NCBI GenBank assembly: GCA_017617725.1
Contig: JAFZVR010000030.1
Coordinates: 1 to 56,625, forward strand
Length of the DNA: 56,625 nucleotides
Direction of reading: 5' to 3'
Source of the DNA: Prevotella sp.
GTDB taxonomy: Bacteria; Bacteroidota; Bacteroidia; Bacteroidales; Bacteroidaceae
Shown: one piece after another, positions 38,530 to 47,207 of the stretch
Layout: each line of letters begins with the position of its first letter
Numbering within the stretch: position 1 is the stretch's first letter
The notes under the pieces: generated by a model
The model's input: the letters and a program-made list of their open reading frames with translations, nothing else
Database searches by the model: none
What the model was told of the DNA's origin: nothing
Made by a program: the position numbers and the translations under genes

Positions 38530-41517
38530 ATGAAACAGAAACATTTTCTTTTAACATTACTACTGGCTGTCCTGACGACCGTGGGCGTTGAAGCTAAGGT
38601 CGTAGAGACTACTCTATGGGAAGGAACTTATGACTCCCAAGTTGAACTCAATGCCGCAACAGTGGCAACCTTCAAGGCTGGCGATGTGCTACGTGTCTAT
38701 GTCACTGTACCTGAGGGTGGCGGCAACTTCAAGATTTGCTACAAAGGTACTTCTAACAATTGGGCTGAGACTACTATACCTTCACTGGATACACAGTGGC
38801 CTTGGCTGAATGGTGGTGACACTTACAAGGATATTACATTTACCGACGCTGATATCACTGCCCTCAGTGGCATGAATATCTACCTTTATGAGAACGGCAA
38901 TGCCATCACTAAGGTATCGTTGGTGACTACGGTTGGTCCTACCGTATGGACTGGCGAAAAAGTGTTCCCTAATACTTGGTCGGAGTGGCAGACTATTCCT
39001 GCCTCCTGTTTTGCCAATGCTGAAGAAGGACAGCTGCTGCGTGTGAAGTTTAATGATTTAGGTGCTGGTGCTTGCCTGCAACTGAGTTACCAAGGTGCTA
39101 CTGAGTGGTTGCTGTTGCCTGGTACGATAAGTGCTGTCTCCATCAGCGGAGTCTATCATCAATATGAGATTACCAGTGAAATGCTGGAAATATTGAAAGA
39201 AAAGGGCATGATAGTCAGTGGTACCAGCTTTACGCTGACTTCCATTGAGATTCTTGATCCTGCTACGCTGAAGCCATTGACCCTATCGGTACCTGTGAAT
39301 GATAATTGGGTGTTTACATCTACACCGACGTTTACAGTACATGTAGAGAACCCATACGATGAGGCTATAACAGCAAATGTCTTAGCCAGCATTACCACCG
39401 ATAAGATTGTTTCTTACACCTCTGCAAGCAAGAGCGTTGAAGTAGCTGCCAACGGTAGCGAGGATATCGAAGTCACCCTTGACGAGATGCCAGCCGCTGG
39501 TTTCTATAAGGCCACTGTCACAGTGAACGACGATTTGGCTCGTGCATTCTTCTTTGGTGTTAATCCTACCAGCATTGTTTCTGCCCCCGATAAGCAAAGC
39601 GACTTCGACACTTTCTGGGCAACGGCTAAGGATCAACTCGATGCTATTGACATCAATGCTACACTGACAGAAATACCTTCTAAGTCTGGTACGAAGCGCA
39701 AGGTATATCTGGTAGAGATGCAGAGTGTGCCAGACGGTTTGACAGGCGACCCCGTCACCATTCGTGGCTACTATGCAGAACCTACCGATGGTAAGAAACA
39801 TCCCGTCATCGTATCATTCCAAGGCTACGACTCTGAATATCGCCCAGCTGGTCAGGATGCCACTCCATATTGTATGGCTGGTGACAACAGCGAGGCTGAC
39901 TACGCAGAGTTCATCCTCTCTACCCGTGGACAATGTGTCAACAACCGCACAGCAAGTGAACGTGTATCCGACGGTAAGGGCGACTTCACCAATACCTATG
40001 GCGACTGGTTTGCCTATGAGTTCGGTAATAAGGATAGTTACTATTATCGTGGTGCCTATATGGACTGCGTCCGTGCTATACAGTTTATGGCGTCACGCGA
40101 AACCAGTGATATGGATAATCTCTTTGCACAAGGACAGAGCCAGGGTGGTGCGTTCACATACGCTGCTGCAGCCCTTAGCGGTTACACCTTCAAGGCTATC
40201 GCTCCTGCCATCACCTTCATGGGCGACTTCCCCGACTATTTCGAGTTGACAAACTGGCCTGCTTCGGTTGCACGTGCCAACCAAGGTACTATGACAGATG
40301 CTGAGATGTATGCCTTCCTGAGCTACTTCGATACAAAGAATTTGGCTACAATGATTTCATGTCCTGTCATTACCAGCATCGGCTTGCAAGATAACGTATG
40401 TCCTCCGCACACCAACATTGCTCCTTATAACAATGTTACTACTGCCGAAGCCGACAAACAGATTGTGTATAATCCAGAGTTGCAACACCAGACCAACAGC
40501 GACTGGTTTACTACCTACATGAACTTCTTCGAAAACTATACTACCCCTTCTACTGATGAAAATGTAGAGACTATCTGGGAAGGTTCACAGACATTAGACA
40601 ACAGTTGGGGGCAGTACATAGACCTGAGCTATGATAATCGCGCTGGACTGGCCGATGCTCGTATGACAGACGTGATACGCGTCACTTTGACTACCAATGA
40701 CGATAATGCTCAGATACAACTGAAGAATCCTAACAATGGCTGGGAACTGTTCAGTGAAGAGGCTGCGGCATCACTCACAAACAGTGCTGAGACTCAGACC
40801 TTTGAATATACTATAGCTTCAGCTGCCGTACTTGAGGATATCCAGATAACTGGTATAATAGTAGCAGGTATAAACATCACAATTACCAAGGTGGAACTGG
40901 TGAAACCGGATGATCGTTACGACGCTGCTTCTGTGACTATCGGTGCTGACGGCATAGCTACATACAGTAACGGTTCCAAGAAACTCGATTTCGCGGGTAC
41001 AGGCGTTACCCCATATTATGCATCAGCAGTGGCTGAAGGAACGGTAACATTGACCTCCGTAGCTACCACATGGGGATATCAAGGATATATTGTAAAAGGA
41101 GAACCAGGCACTTATGATATTCCTGTTACAGAGAATGCAGAGTATCCTTCTACCAACTACCTGAAGCCTACTGGCGACTACGCCACTGATGTAGCAGCAT
41201 CAACCGATGGAACCTATCATTACTTATTTGCTAAAGATAACTCAGGTAATATTGGCTTCTTCAAACTGACATCTACTAAAAACCTATCAGCTCACAAGGC
41301 ATACTTGGAGACGGAAACAGACATTAAACCGGCAAACGGAGCTCGTATAGTAATGTCATTTGACGGTGGGACAACAAATATTAGAACCCTTGACTCTCGA
41401 CCATCGACCATCGACTCTCGATCCTTTACGTATGACCTGCAGGGTCGTCCGATGGCAGACTCTCAATTAAAGAAAGGTATTTATATCAGGAACAACAAGA
41501 AATTCGTAGTAAAATGA
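38530..41517 (+). CDS. Secreted multimodular CE7 acetyl esterase, pre-CTD domain, T9SS CTD
   Basis: DFDTFW, STRGQ, GQSQGG and QDNVCPP motifs; three CBM-like modules; YDLQGR..KKGIYIRNNKKFVVK. Confidence 0.88.
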   Translation: MKQKHFLLTLLLAVLTTVGVEAKVVETTLWEGTYDSQVELNAATVATFKAGDVLRVYVTVPEGGGNFKICYKGTSNNWAETTIPSLDTQWPWLNGGDTYKDITFTDADITALSGMNIYLYENGNAITKVSLVTTVGPTVWTGEKVFPNTWSEWQTIPASCFANAEEGQLLRVKFNDLGAGACLQLSYQGATEWLLLPGTISAVSISGVYHQYEITSEMLEILKEKGMIVSGTSFTLTSIEILDPATLKPLTLSVPVNDNWVFTSTPTFTVHVENPYDEAITANVLASITTDKIVSYTSASKSVEVAANGSEDIEVTLDEMPAAGFYKATVTVNDDLARAFFFGVNPTSIVSAPDKQSDFDTFWATAKDQLDAIDINATLTEIPSKSGTKRKVYLVEMQSVPDGLTGDPVTIRGYYAEPTDGKKHPVIVSFQGYDSEYRPAGQDATPYCMAGDNSEADYAEFILSTRGQCVNNRTASERVSDGKGDFTNTYGDWFAYEFGNKDSYYYRGAYMDCVRAIQFMASRETSDMDNLFAQGQSQGGAFTYAAAALSGYTFKAIAPAITFMGDFPDYFELTNWPASVARANQGTMTDAEMYAFLSYFDTKNLATMISCPVITSIGLQDNVCPPHTNIAPYNNVTTAEADKQIVYNPELQHQTNSDWFTTYMNFFENYTTPSTDENVETIWEGSQTLDNSWGQYIDLSYDNRAGLADARMTDVIRVTLTTNDDNAQIQLKNPNNGWELFSEEAAASLTNSAETQTFEYTIASAAVLEDIQITGIIVAGINITITKVELVKPDDRYDAASVTIGADGIATYSNGSKKLDFAGTGVTPYYASAVAEGTVTLTSVATTWGYQGYIVKGEPGTYDIPVTENAEYPSTNYLKPTGDYATDVAASTDGTYHYLFAKDNSGNIGFFKLTSTKNLSAHKAYLETETDIKPANGARIVMSFDGGTTNIRTLDSRPSTIDSRSFTYDLQGRPMADSQLKKGIYIRNNKKFVVK

Positions 41518-41687
41518 AAAAGGTATATATCGCTCCTTCCATGGTTCTTTTTAAGGGAGTAGGCATTTACACTCTTCTGGCTGGCTCTAATGAGAATTAT
41601 CAGGTCATGAATGAAGATTATAATGATGAAACTATGACAGTACTTGGTCGTCAGAGTAATAGCCTATGGGATGACGAAGACGAGTAG
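41514..41687 (+). CDS. Small acidic peptide (57 aa) MKKVYIAPSMVLFKGVGIYTLLAGSNENYQVMNEDYNDETMTVLGRQSNSLWDDEDE
   Basis: Translated by hand; ATGA overlap with the upstream stop; paralogous architecture; below the ORF-track cutoff. Confidence 0.75.
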   Translation: MKKVYIAPSMVLFKGVGIYTLLAGSNENYQVMNEDYNDETMTVLGRQSNSLWDDEDE

Positions 41688-41720
41688 GTCAAGGACTCGT
41701 AGATAATAACAAGAAAGCTA

Positions 41721-41760
41721 CAGCCTCCATTTCCCTTCTAAGAAGGGGATTGGGGGCTGT
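41721..41760. repeat. REP-like palindrome/hairpin between convergent genes; supplies the stop codon of the minus-strand regulator
   Basis: CAGCC..TTCCCTTCT A AGAAGGGGA TTGGGGGCTG. Confidence 0.6.
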
Positions 41761-43318
41761 TCTTTATGTAATCAGAGGGAAGCATCCCGTATTCTTCTTT
41801 GAAATATTTCGAGAATTGCTTGGGTGACAGTCCTACGCGCCATGCTACCTGCTGGATACTTTCACCGCTTTCTTCCAACAGTTGGCGTCCACGTTTTATA
41901 CGGATAATACGGATAAATTCCTGTGGTGTCTTTCCAGTGATAGAGGTAAGACGCTTATACAGGTGACCGCGTGTCATACCCAACTCACTACTTAACTGCT
42001 CTACGGAGAAGTCGGCATCACTGATATGCTCTTCTACGATGCCGATGGCCTTGTCTTTGAATTTCTCATCAGCAGAGCTGATCACAATCTTCGATGGCTC
42101 TATATCGGAATAGCCTGCCCTAACAGTGTGCTCCACTGCGGTTCGTCTCCGCCTCCTGCTAAGCAGCATGATACCCATCACCATACACCCCATAATACCC
42201 ATTATGCCTACAACGCCAATTACCCCCATACCGTTAGAGCCTCTTCCTGCAGGGCTGGCAATTTCCTGCTTTGCCACATAGACCCCATTCGACGATCCAA
42301 ACATCATCTGTCCCTCATTATTACATGCTATGGCACGCACGTGGAATGTTACATCACCGATGCCGTTGTCTGGTCCGTAGGTCTTACAAGTAAAACTACC
42401 GTCTTGTTGCGGTGTGATGCGAGTAATGAAATGCTCTGATGTAATCCAGAAGACACCTTTGTTGTCACGCCCTATGGCCTTTATGAAGTTGTCGGCAAGA
42501 CCGTCGTCGCTTGTCAGATGGGTAACAGCATGGCTCGATAAGTCATAGATATATAGACCTGTGGTAGTTCCAATCCACAGACGTTCTTTGCCTTCAGTGT
42601 AGAGAATCCTTATCATCTGTTTCTCAAGGAAAGCCTTACCATAGTTATCTGTTACAGGCGAAATACTGTTGTTGCGGGTGTCAATGGTGAAGAGCCCCCA
42701 TCCGGTAGCAATGTATATAGTATTGTGGTCAAAAGTCTTTATATCAGCCAACCAGTTCGTTGGTAGTTCTGAGTTGACGTTGTTAAAGTGTGTGACAAAG
42801 CCTGTGGAGTCACACCTTATCAAACCACTCTTCTGCGTGGCAATCCAGAAGGCACCATCACTGCTTTCCGTAAAACCAGCTACATATTCCAGTGCCGTTG
42901 TACGCAAAGAGTCGTTGGCGGGCAGACGGAAAGAACTGCCGTCCCAATAGAACAATCCATTGCCAAAAGTACCAAACCACTGTCTGCCATTCTTATCCTT
43001 ATAGGTGCATGTCACCACATCTGACGGGAGAGTACCACTGAGTTTGTCGTAATAACGCGGTACTGCTGTCACAGACTCCTTAAAAGCCAGACCCTGACCG
43101 TCAAGGCCGAGCCACAAACTGCCATTATCTTCAACGTCAAAGCAGCTCACATTGACGGTCTTTCCCAAGTCCATCCTTTGGAAAGTCGTCACCTCGTCAC
43201 CATCATTATTATTCTGGCATGAGCAAAGCATCATGAGCAAAGCTATCAAAGTCATTGAGCTCTTCCTCCAACTGCCTTTTGTCCGGTATAATGTCGGTAT
43301 ATAGTTCTCGGTATTCAT
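41738..43318 (-). CDS. Membrane-spanning sensor-AraC regulator (beta-propeller sensor, TM, AraC HTH; no kinase or receiver)
   Basis: Encoded on the MINUS strand (CTA at 41738-41740, CAT at 43316-43318); Reg_prop repeats (D..G.LW.G...GL), TM followed by RRRRR, DEKFKDKA..FSVEQLSSELGMTRGHLYKR..FSKYFKEEYG. Confidence 0.88.
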   Translation of the reverse strand: MNTENYIPTLYRTKGSWRKSSMTLIALLMMLCSCQNNNDGDEVTTFQRMDLGKTVNVSCFDVEDNGSLWLGLDGQGLAFKESVTAVPRYYDKLSGTLPSDVVTCTYKDKNGRQWFGTFGNGLFYWDGSSFRLPANDSLRTTALEYVAGFTESSDGAFWIATQKSGLIRCDSTGFVTHFNNVNSELPTNWLADIKTFDHNTIYIATGWGLFTIDTRNNSISPVTDNYGKAFLEKQMIRILYTEGKERLWIGTTTGLYIYDLSSHAVTHLTSDDGLADNFIKAIGRDNKGVFWITSEHFITRITPQQDGSFTCKTYGPDNGIGDVTFHVRAIACNNEGQMMFGSSNGVYVAKQEIASPAGRGSNGMGVIGVVGIMGIMGCMVMGIMLLSRRRRRTAVEHTVRAGYSDIEPSKIVISSADEKFKDKAIGIVEEHISDADFSVEQLSSELGMTRGHLYKRLTSITGKTPQEFIRIIRIKRGRQLLEESGESIQQVAWRVGLSPKQFSKYFKEEYGMLPSDYIKNSPQSPS

Positions 43319-43520
43319 GATGTGGGTATTCAAACACTGCGGCAAAGATATATATTTATCTCAAAATTGCCCTAAGAAAATGTCTAAAATGTATCAAAAA
43401 ACTATCCCAAATGTATCATTTCCCATTTGGGAACTAATTAAAAACAAGAGAGGAATAACGATGAAATCATAGATTTTACCTTTGTAGCAGCAAAATCATA
43501 ATCTAAAAACTATAAAGCTA

Positions 43521-46500
43521 ATGAAAAAGATTCTATTATTACTAACCGTTATGCTGGCAGCATGGACTATAGATGTCAATGCTGAGACAAGCACGACGCT
43601 CATTGATGTAAGTGATTCACCTGTGGCGATTAACTGGAGCAAAGAGGCATCCAAAACGGTGGAAGCTTCGGCACTGACAACAGCAAGGGTTGGTGACTTT
43701 ATCCAAGTCACTGTTGTTGGTACGGGTAACATGCAATGTGCTATACGCAATAGCAGTAGTGTGCCAGTCATCAATACTGATAATTATATAAGAAATGGTG
43801 TTACGGCTGAGACTGTGATTTGCTATGGCCTGACGGCAGCAGGTCTGGCAGAAGTCCAGGCAAGTGGCTTTTATCTGGCTGGTACCAATTGTAATCTGAA
43901 AAAGGTAGAGTTAATCTCTACTTCCTCATCAGATGACTATAGTGATGTGATTTTCTTTGGTGACAGAGTGTCTTCTTATAATGGTATTTCTTTGAGAAAG
44001 GCTAATTTCTCATCTGCACAATTAGGTTGGACGCTGCGCGTTCACCATAAAGATTTGCAATCTACCCATCAAATCAGTTTGCGTACAGCATGGAATGTGA
44101 TTGTTACTGGCTATGACTATGCTGATGTCAGTGGTGACTATACTGACTACACCATTGATGATGCACTCTTAACAGCTATGACTGAAAGTGACAACATCTT
44201 AATCTATGGTAAATCACTTACTATTACCAAGGTAGAACTCTTTAATCCGATTAAGACCATTGATGTTGAAACGATTCTGTATCAAGGCACAACACCACTG
44301 ACGAACTGGAGTCGTAACTACGAGCAGCCGTTGAGTGTTATCAACTCGCTACAAGAAGGCGATGTATTAAAGGTAACGGTGAGTCAGCAAAGCGAAGTGG
44401 TTTCTGACTACCCCCAACTTCGTATCGCTTGGGGAACTGGAGAAAGCCAAAGAGTTAATTGGGCTTGTTACAACTATGAATGTCCACATACTTATGAGCT
44501 GACATTGACAGCAGATCAAGTGACAGCCATTCAAACGGCTAAGAAACTTTATCTCAATGGTTGTAATATTACCGTCAGCCGCTGGACACTCACCCAGCAG
44601 AAGGCAGTGAGTCATGATCGCGGCAATGCTGCAACAACAATTTGGTCGGGAACACAGGTTATCGACTGGAACGCATCGCCTAGCACTTTCCAAACAATCG
44701 GTGCTTCTGCATTTGCCAACGCTGAGGCCGGCATGAAGATGCGCATGAATTTCTCCGGCATGAAGCTCGGTGCACAAGGACGCATCGTGAAGAATAGTTG
44801 GTCTGCCTTCGATGATGCCGACACCTTCGAGAAACTGCCTACAGCCTGGGGCGACTACTTCGAATATACGCTAACCAGCGACATGGTGACAGAACTGCAA
44901 GCCAACGGCATGCACGTCACCGGCGTGGGCTACACGCTGACCAGTGTTGAACTCATTGATCCAATGAAGGAGTATGTCATCAACACTACCTTCGATACCG
45001 ACGATATCAAGGCGTGGGAGCTGGCTGATGGTACACCTAACCTCACCGTGACGCTAACGAACTACGAGGAACAGGAGGTGTCCACTACCGTTAGCGCGAG
45101 TCTGATGACCGATATGTTCGTGGACTATAACAACTACTCGGTAAACATCACCTTAGATGCTGGTGAGACGAAGACTATCGACCTGCCTATCACAGGTCTG
45201 GAGCCAGGCTTCTACCGCATGGCAGCCAAGGCCAACAACAACCAGCTCTGCACCTACTATATCGGCTACAATCCCACCGCTATTGTGTCGCCTGACGACT
45301 CGCAGGCAGACTTCGCAACGTTCTGGGGCAACTGGAAGGCTCGCTTGGCCGAGATTCCCGTCAACGCTTCACTGACACTGCTCAACGGCGATGATTCCGA
45401 TGCCGCCCGCAACATCTACGAGGTGTCCTACCAAAGCGTACCCGAGACCGTCGACGGCGACCCAGTTACCATTTACGGCTACTATGCTGAACCAAAGGCT
45501 GCAGGTACTTATCCCTGCATCATCCACTTCCATGGTACAGACAAGAGTGGCTCGCTGACAATGCCTTCAGGCACTACAGAAGGCTGGTGCGAGTTCCGCT
45601 TCTCGGCCCGTGGACAGACGCTGGACAAGGCTAAGAATGGCAGCGTGAAGTATCGCCAAGACCCCAACGATGAGTCTTCCGTTGACTTCTACGCCTACCG
45701 CTTAGGTGACAACGACGAGCACTACTATCGCTACGTCTACCTCGACACGCGCCGCGCTGTGGACTTCGTATTCTCACAGGAAAAGGTGAACAAGAGTCAG
45801 GTCTTTGCTGCCGGTGGCAGTCAGGGCGGTTGTCTGACATACGTCTGTGCTGCCTTGAGCGACGGTAAGGTTCGCGCTATCGCACCAAGTATTACTGGTC
45901 ATGCCGACTTCGTACACACTATGGAGATTGTAGGTTGGCCGACAAACGTGTTCAACAACTGGATCAATGGCAAGGTGGCTGATGGTACCTATGCAGATTA
46001 CGCTACTGGTAAGGCTGCGCTGCTGGCTCATCAGAGTTACTTCGACACTAAGAACTTTGCTTCACGTATCTACTGCCCAGTTATCACCAACTTCTCTTTG
46101 CAGGACAATACCGACGGTCCACACCTGAACATCGCGCCGTATAACCTGTTGGTCAATGTGGCTGCTGCTGACAAGGAATATAGTATCAACCAGTTCAAAG
46201 GACATGCTACTGCCGACAACTGGGGAACGACTTATATGAATTTCTTCCAGAAGTATATAGATGCTGCTACTCCACTGACAATAGAAACACCGTTGACAAT
46301 GTCTGCTGCATGCTATGGCACCTATTATAATAGTACAGCTGTGCAACTGCCAGCTGGTATGATGGCTGCTACCATCGATGAGGCAAATAATTCAGCACAG
46401 ACGCTGACTATCAACTGGCGTTATGATGGTGATGAAGAGAATAATATCATCCCTGGTGGTACGGCTGTGATGCTTAAGAGTGACGCAGGAAACTATACTC

Positions 46501-46919
46501 TGACACTTCTGCCTGCGAATACAGATGAGGCTCCTACGGGCAATCTGCTCCACGGTAGCGACATTCGTACTACAACAACTGGTGGTGACAAATACTACAA
46601 ACTGACTTATGGCAGTACAGGATCTGCTAATGCCGATGTACTCGGCTGGTACTGGGGTGCAGCAAATGGTGGTGCCTTTACCATCGGAGCCCATAAGGCA
46701 TGGCTCGCACTCACTAACGAACAAGCCAACAATGCCCGTTTCTTCTCATTGTCTGACAATGGTGAGACGACAGCTATCTCTAACCTTAACGTTAACGATA
46801 ACCTTAACACCCAACACCCATCACCTAACACCCAGATGCATAATCTCGCAGGGCAGAAGGTTAGCGACGCATACAAGGGTATCGTGATAGTGAATGGAAA
46901 GAAGGTAATCAAAAAGTAA
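43521..46919 (+). CDS. Secreted multimodular CE7-like acetyl esterase, pre-CTD domain, T9SS CTD
   Basis: DFATFW, SARGQ, YYRYVYLD, GGSQGG, LQDNT and KGHA motifs; four N-terminal CBM-like modules; NLAGQKV..YKGIVIVNGKKVIKK. Confidence 0.85.
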   Translation: MKKILLLLTVMLAAWTIDVNAETSTTLIDVSDSPVAINWSKEASKTVEASALTTARVGDFIQVTVVGTGNMQCAIRNSSSVPVINTDNYIRNGVTAETVICYGLTAAGLAEVQASGFYLAGTNCNLKKVELISTSSSDDYSDVIFFGDRVSSYNGISLRKANFSSAQLGWTLRVHHKDLQSTHQISLRTAWNVIVTGYDYADVSGDYTDYTIDDALLTAMTESDNILIYGKSLTITKVELFNPIKTIDVETILYQGTTPLTNWSRNYEQPLSVINSLQEGDVLKVTVSQQSEVVSDYPQLRIAWGTGESQRVNWACYNYECPHTYELTLTADQVTAIQTAKKLYLNGCNITVSRWTLTQQKAVSHDRGNAATTIWSGTQVIDWNASPSTFQTIGASAFANAEAGMKMRMNFSGMKLGAQGRIVKNSWSAFDDADTFEKLPTAWGDYFEYTLTSDMVTELQANGMHVTGVGYTLTSVELIDPMKEYVINTTFDTDDIKAWELADGTPNLTVTLTNYEEQEVSTTVSASLMTDMFVDYNNYSVNITLDAGETKTIDLPITGLEPGFYRMAAKANNNQLCTYYIGYNPTAIVSPDDSQADFATFWGNWKARLAEIPVNASLTLLNGDDSDAARNIYEVSYQSVPETVDGDPVTIYGYYAEPKAAGTYPCIIHFHGTDKSGSLTMPSGTTEGWCEFRFSARGQTLDKAKNGSVKYRQDPNDESSVDFYAYRLGDNDEHYYRYVYLDTRRAVDFVFSQEKVNKSQVFAAGGSQGGCLTYVCAALSDGKVRAIAPSITGHADFVHTMEIVGWPTNVFNNWINGKVADGTYADYATGKAALLAHQSYFDTKNFASRIYCPVITNFSLQDNTDGPHLNIAPYNLLVNVAAADKEYSINQFKGHATADNWGTTYMNFFQKYIDAATPLTIETPLTMSAACYGTYYNSTAVQLPAGMMAATIDEANNSAQTLTINWRYDGDEENNIIPGGTAVMLKSDAGNYTLTLLPANTDEAPTGNLLHGSDIRTTTTGGDKYYKLTYGSTGSANADVLGWYWGAANGGAFTIGAHKAWLALTNEQANNARFFSLSDNGETTAISNLNVNDNLNTQHPSPNTQMHNLAGQKVSDAYKGIVIVNGKKVIKK

Positions 46920-46920
46920 A

Positions 46921-46952
46921 ACCCACCCCAACCCCTCCCGCAAGGGAGGGGC
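46921..46952 (-). repeat. REP-like palindrome
   Basis: CCCCTCCC GCAA GGGAGGGG with C-rich flank; inverted relative to the 14009 copy. Confidence 0.7.
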
Positions 46953-46968
46953 GAATAATAATTACATT

Positions 46969-47121
46969 ATGAAAGCATATATCAAGCCGACAATAATTGT
47001 CGTTAGAATAAAGGCGGGACATCTTCTCCTGCCAGCATCCCCAAACGGATACCATGATGAGTATTCTGATAGAGAAGAACTCTCAAAGCAGGGCTTCATG
47101 TGGGAAGAAGAAGATGAGTAA
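46969..47121 (+). CDS. Small acidic peptide (50 aa) MKAYIKPTIIVVRIKAGHLLLPASPNGYHDEYSDREELSKQGFMWEEEDE
   Basis: Translated by hand; AT-rich initiation region; same architecture as the other two peptides. Confidence 0.72.
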   Translation: MKAYIKPTIIVVRIKAGHLLLPASPNGYHDEYSDREELSKQGFMWEEEDE

Positions 47122-47124
47122 AAT

Positions 47125-47189
47125 GTTATAAGTGTAGTAAAGAATGGCAAGATAGTGGAAGTGGTATCATAAAATAATGAGTACTTTTG
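47125..47189 (+). promoter_or_regulatory. PUL-type promoter for the GH130 operon
   Basis: GGCAAGATAGTG (GA at 47151) with TACTTTTG 31 bp downstream at 47182. Confidence 0.55.
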
Positions 47190-47207
47190 CCAAAAAGAAA
47201 TAACACT

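Noticed and set aside
41738-43345. ORF track lists this 535-aa ORF on the + strand with a TTG start
   Set aside because: The protein reads only from the reverse complement. The TTG at 43345 is part of a minus-strand TATCTTTG promoter element, so ATG 43318 is preferred.
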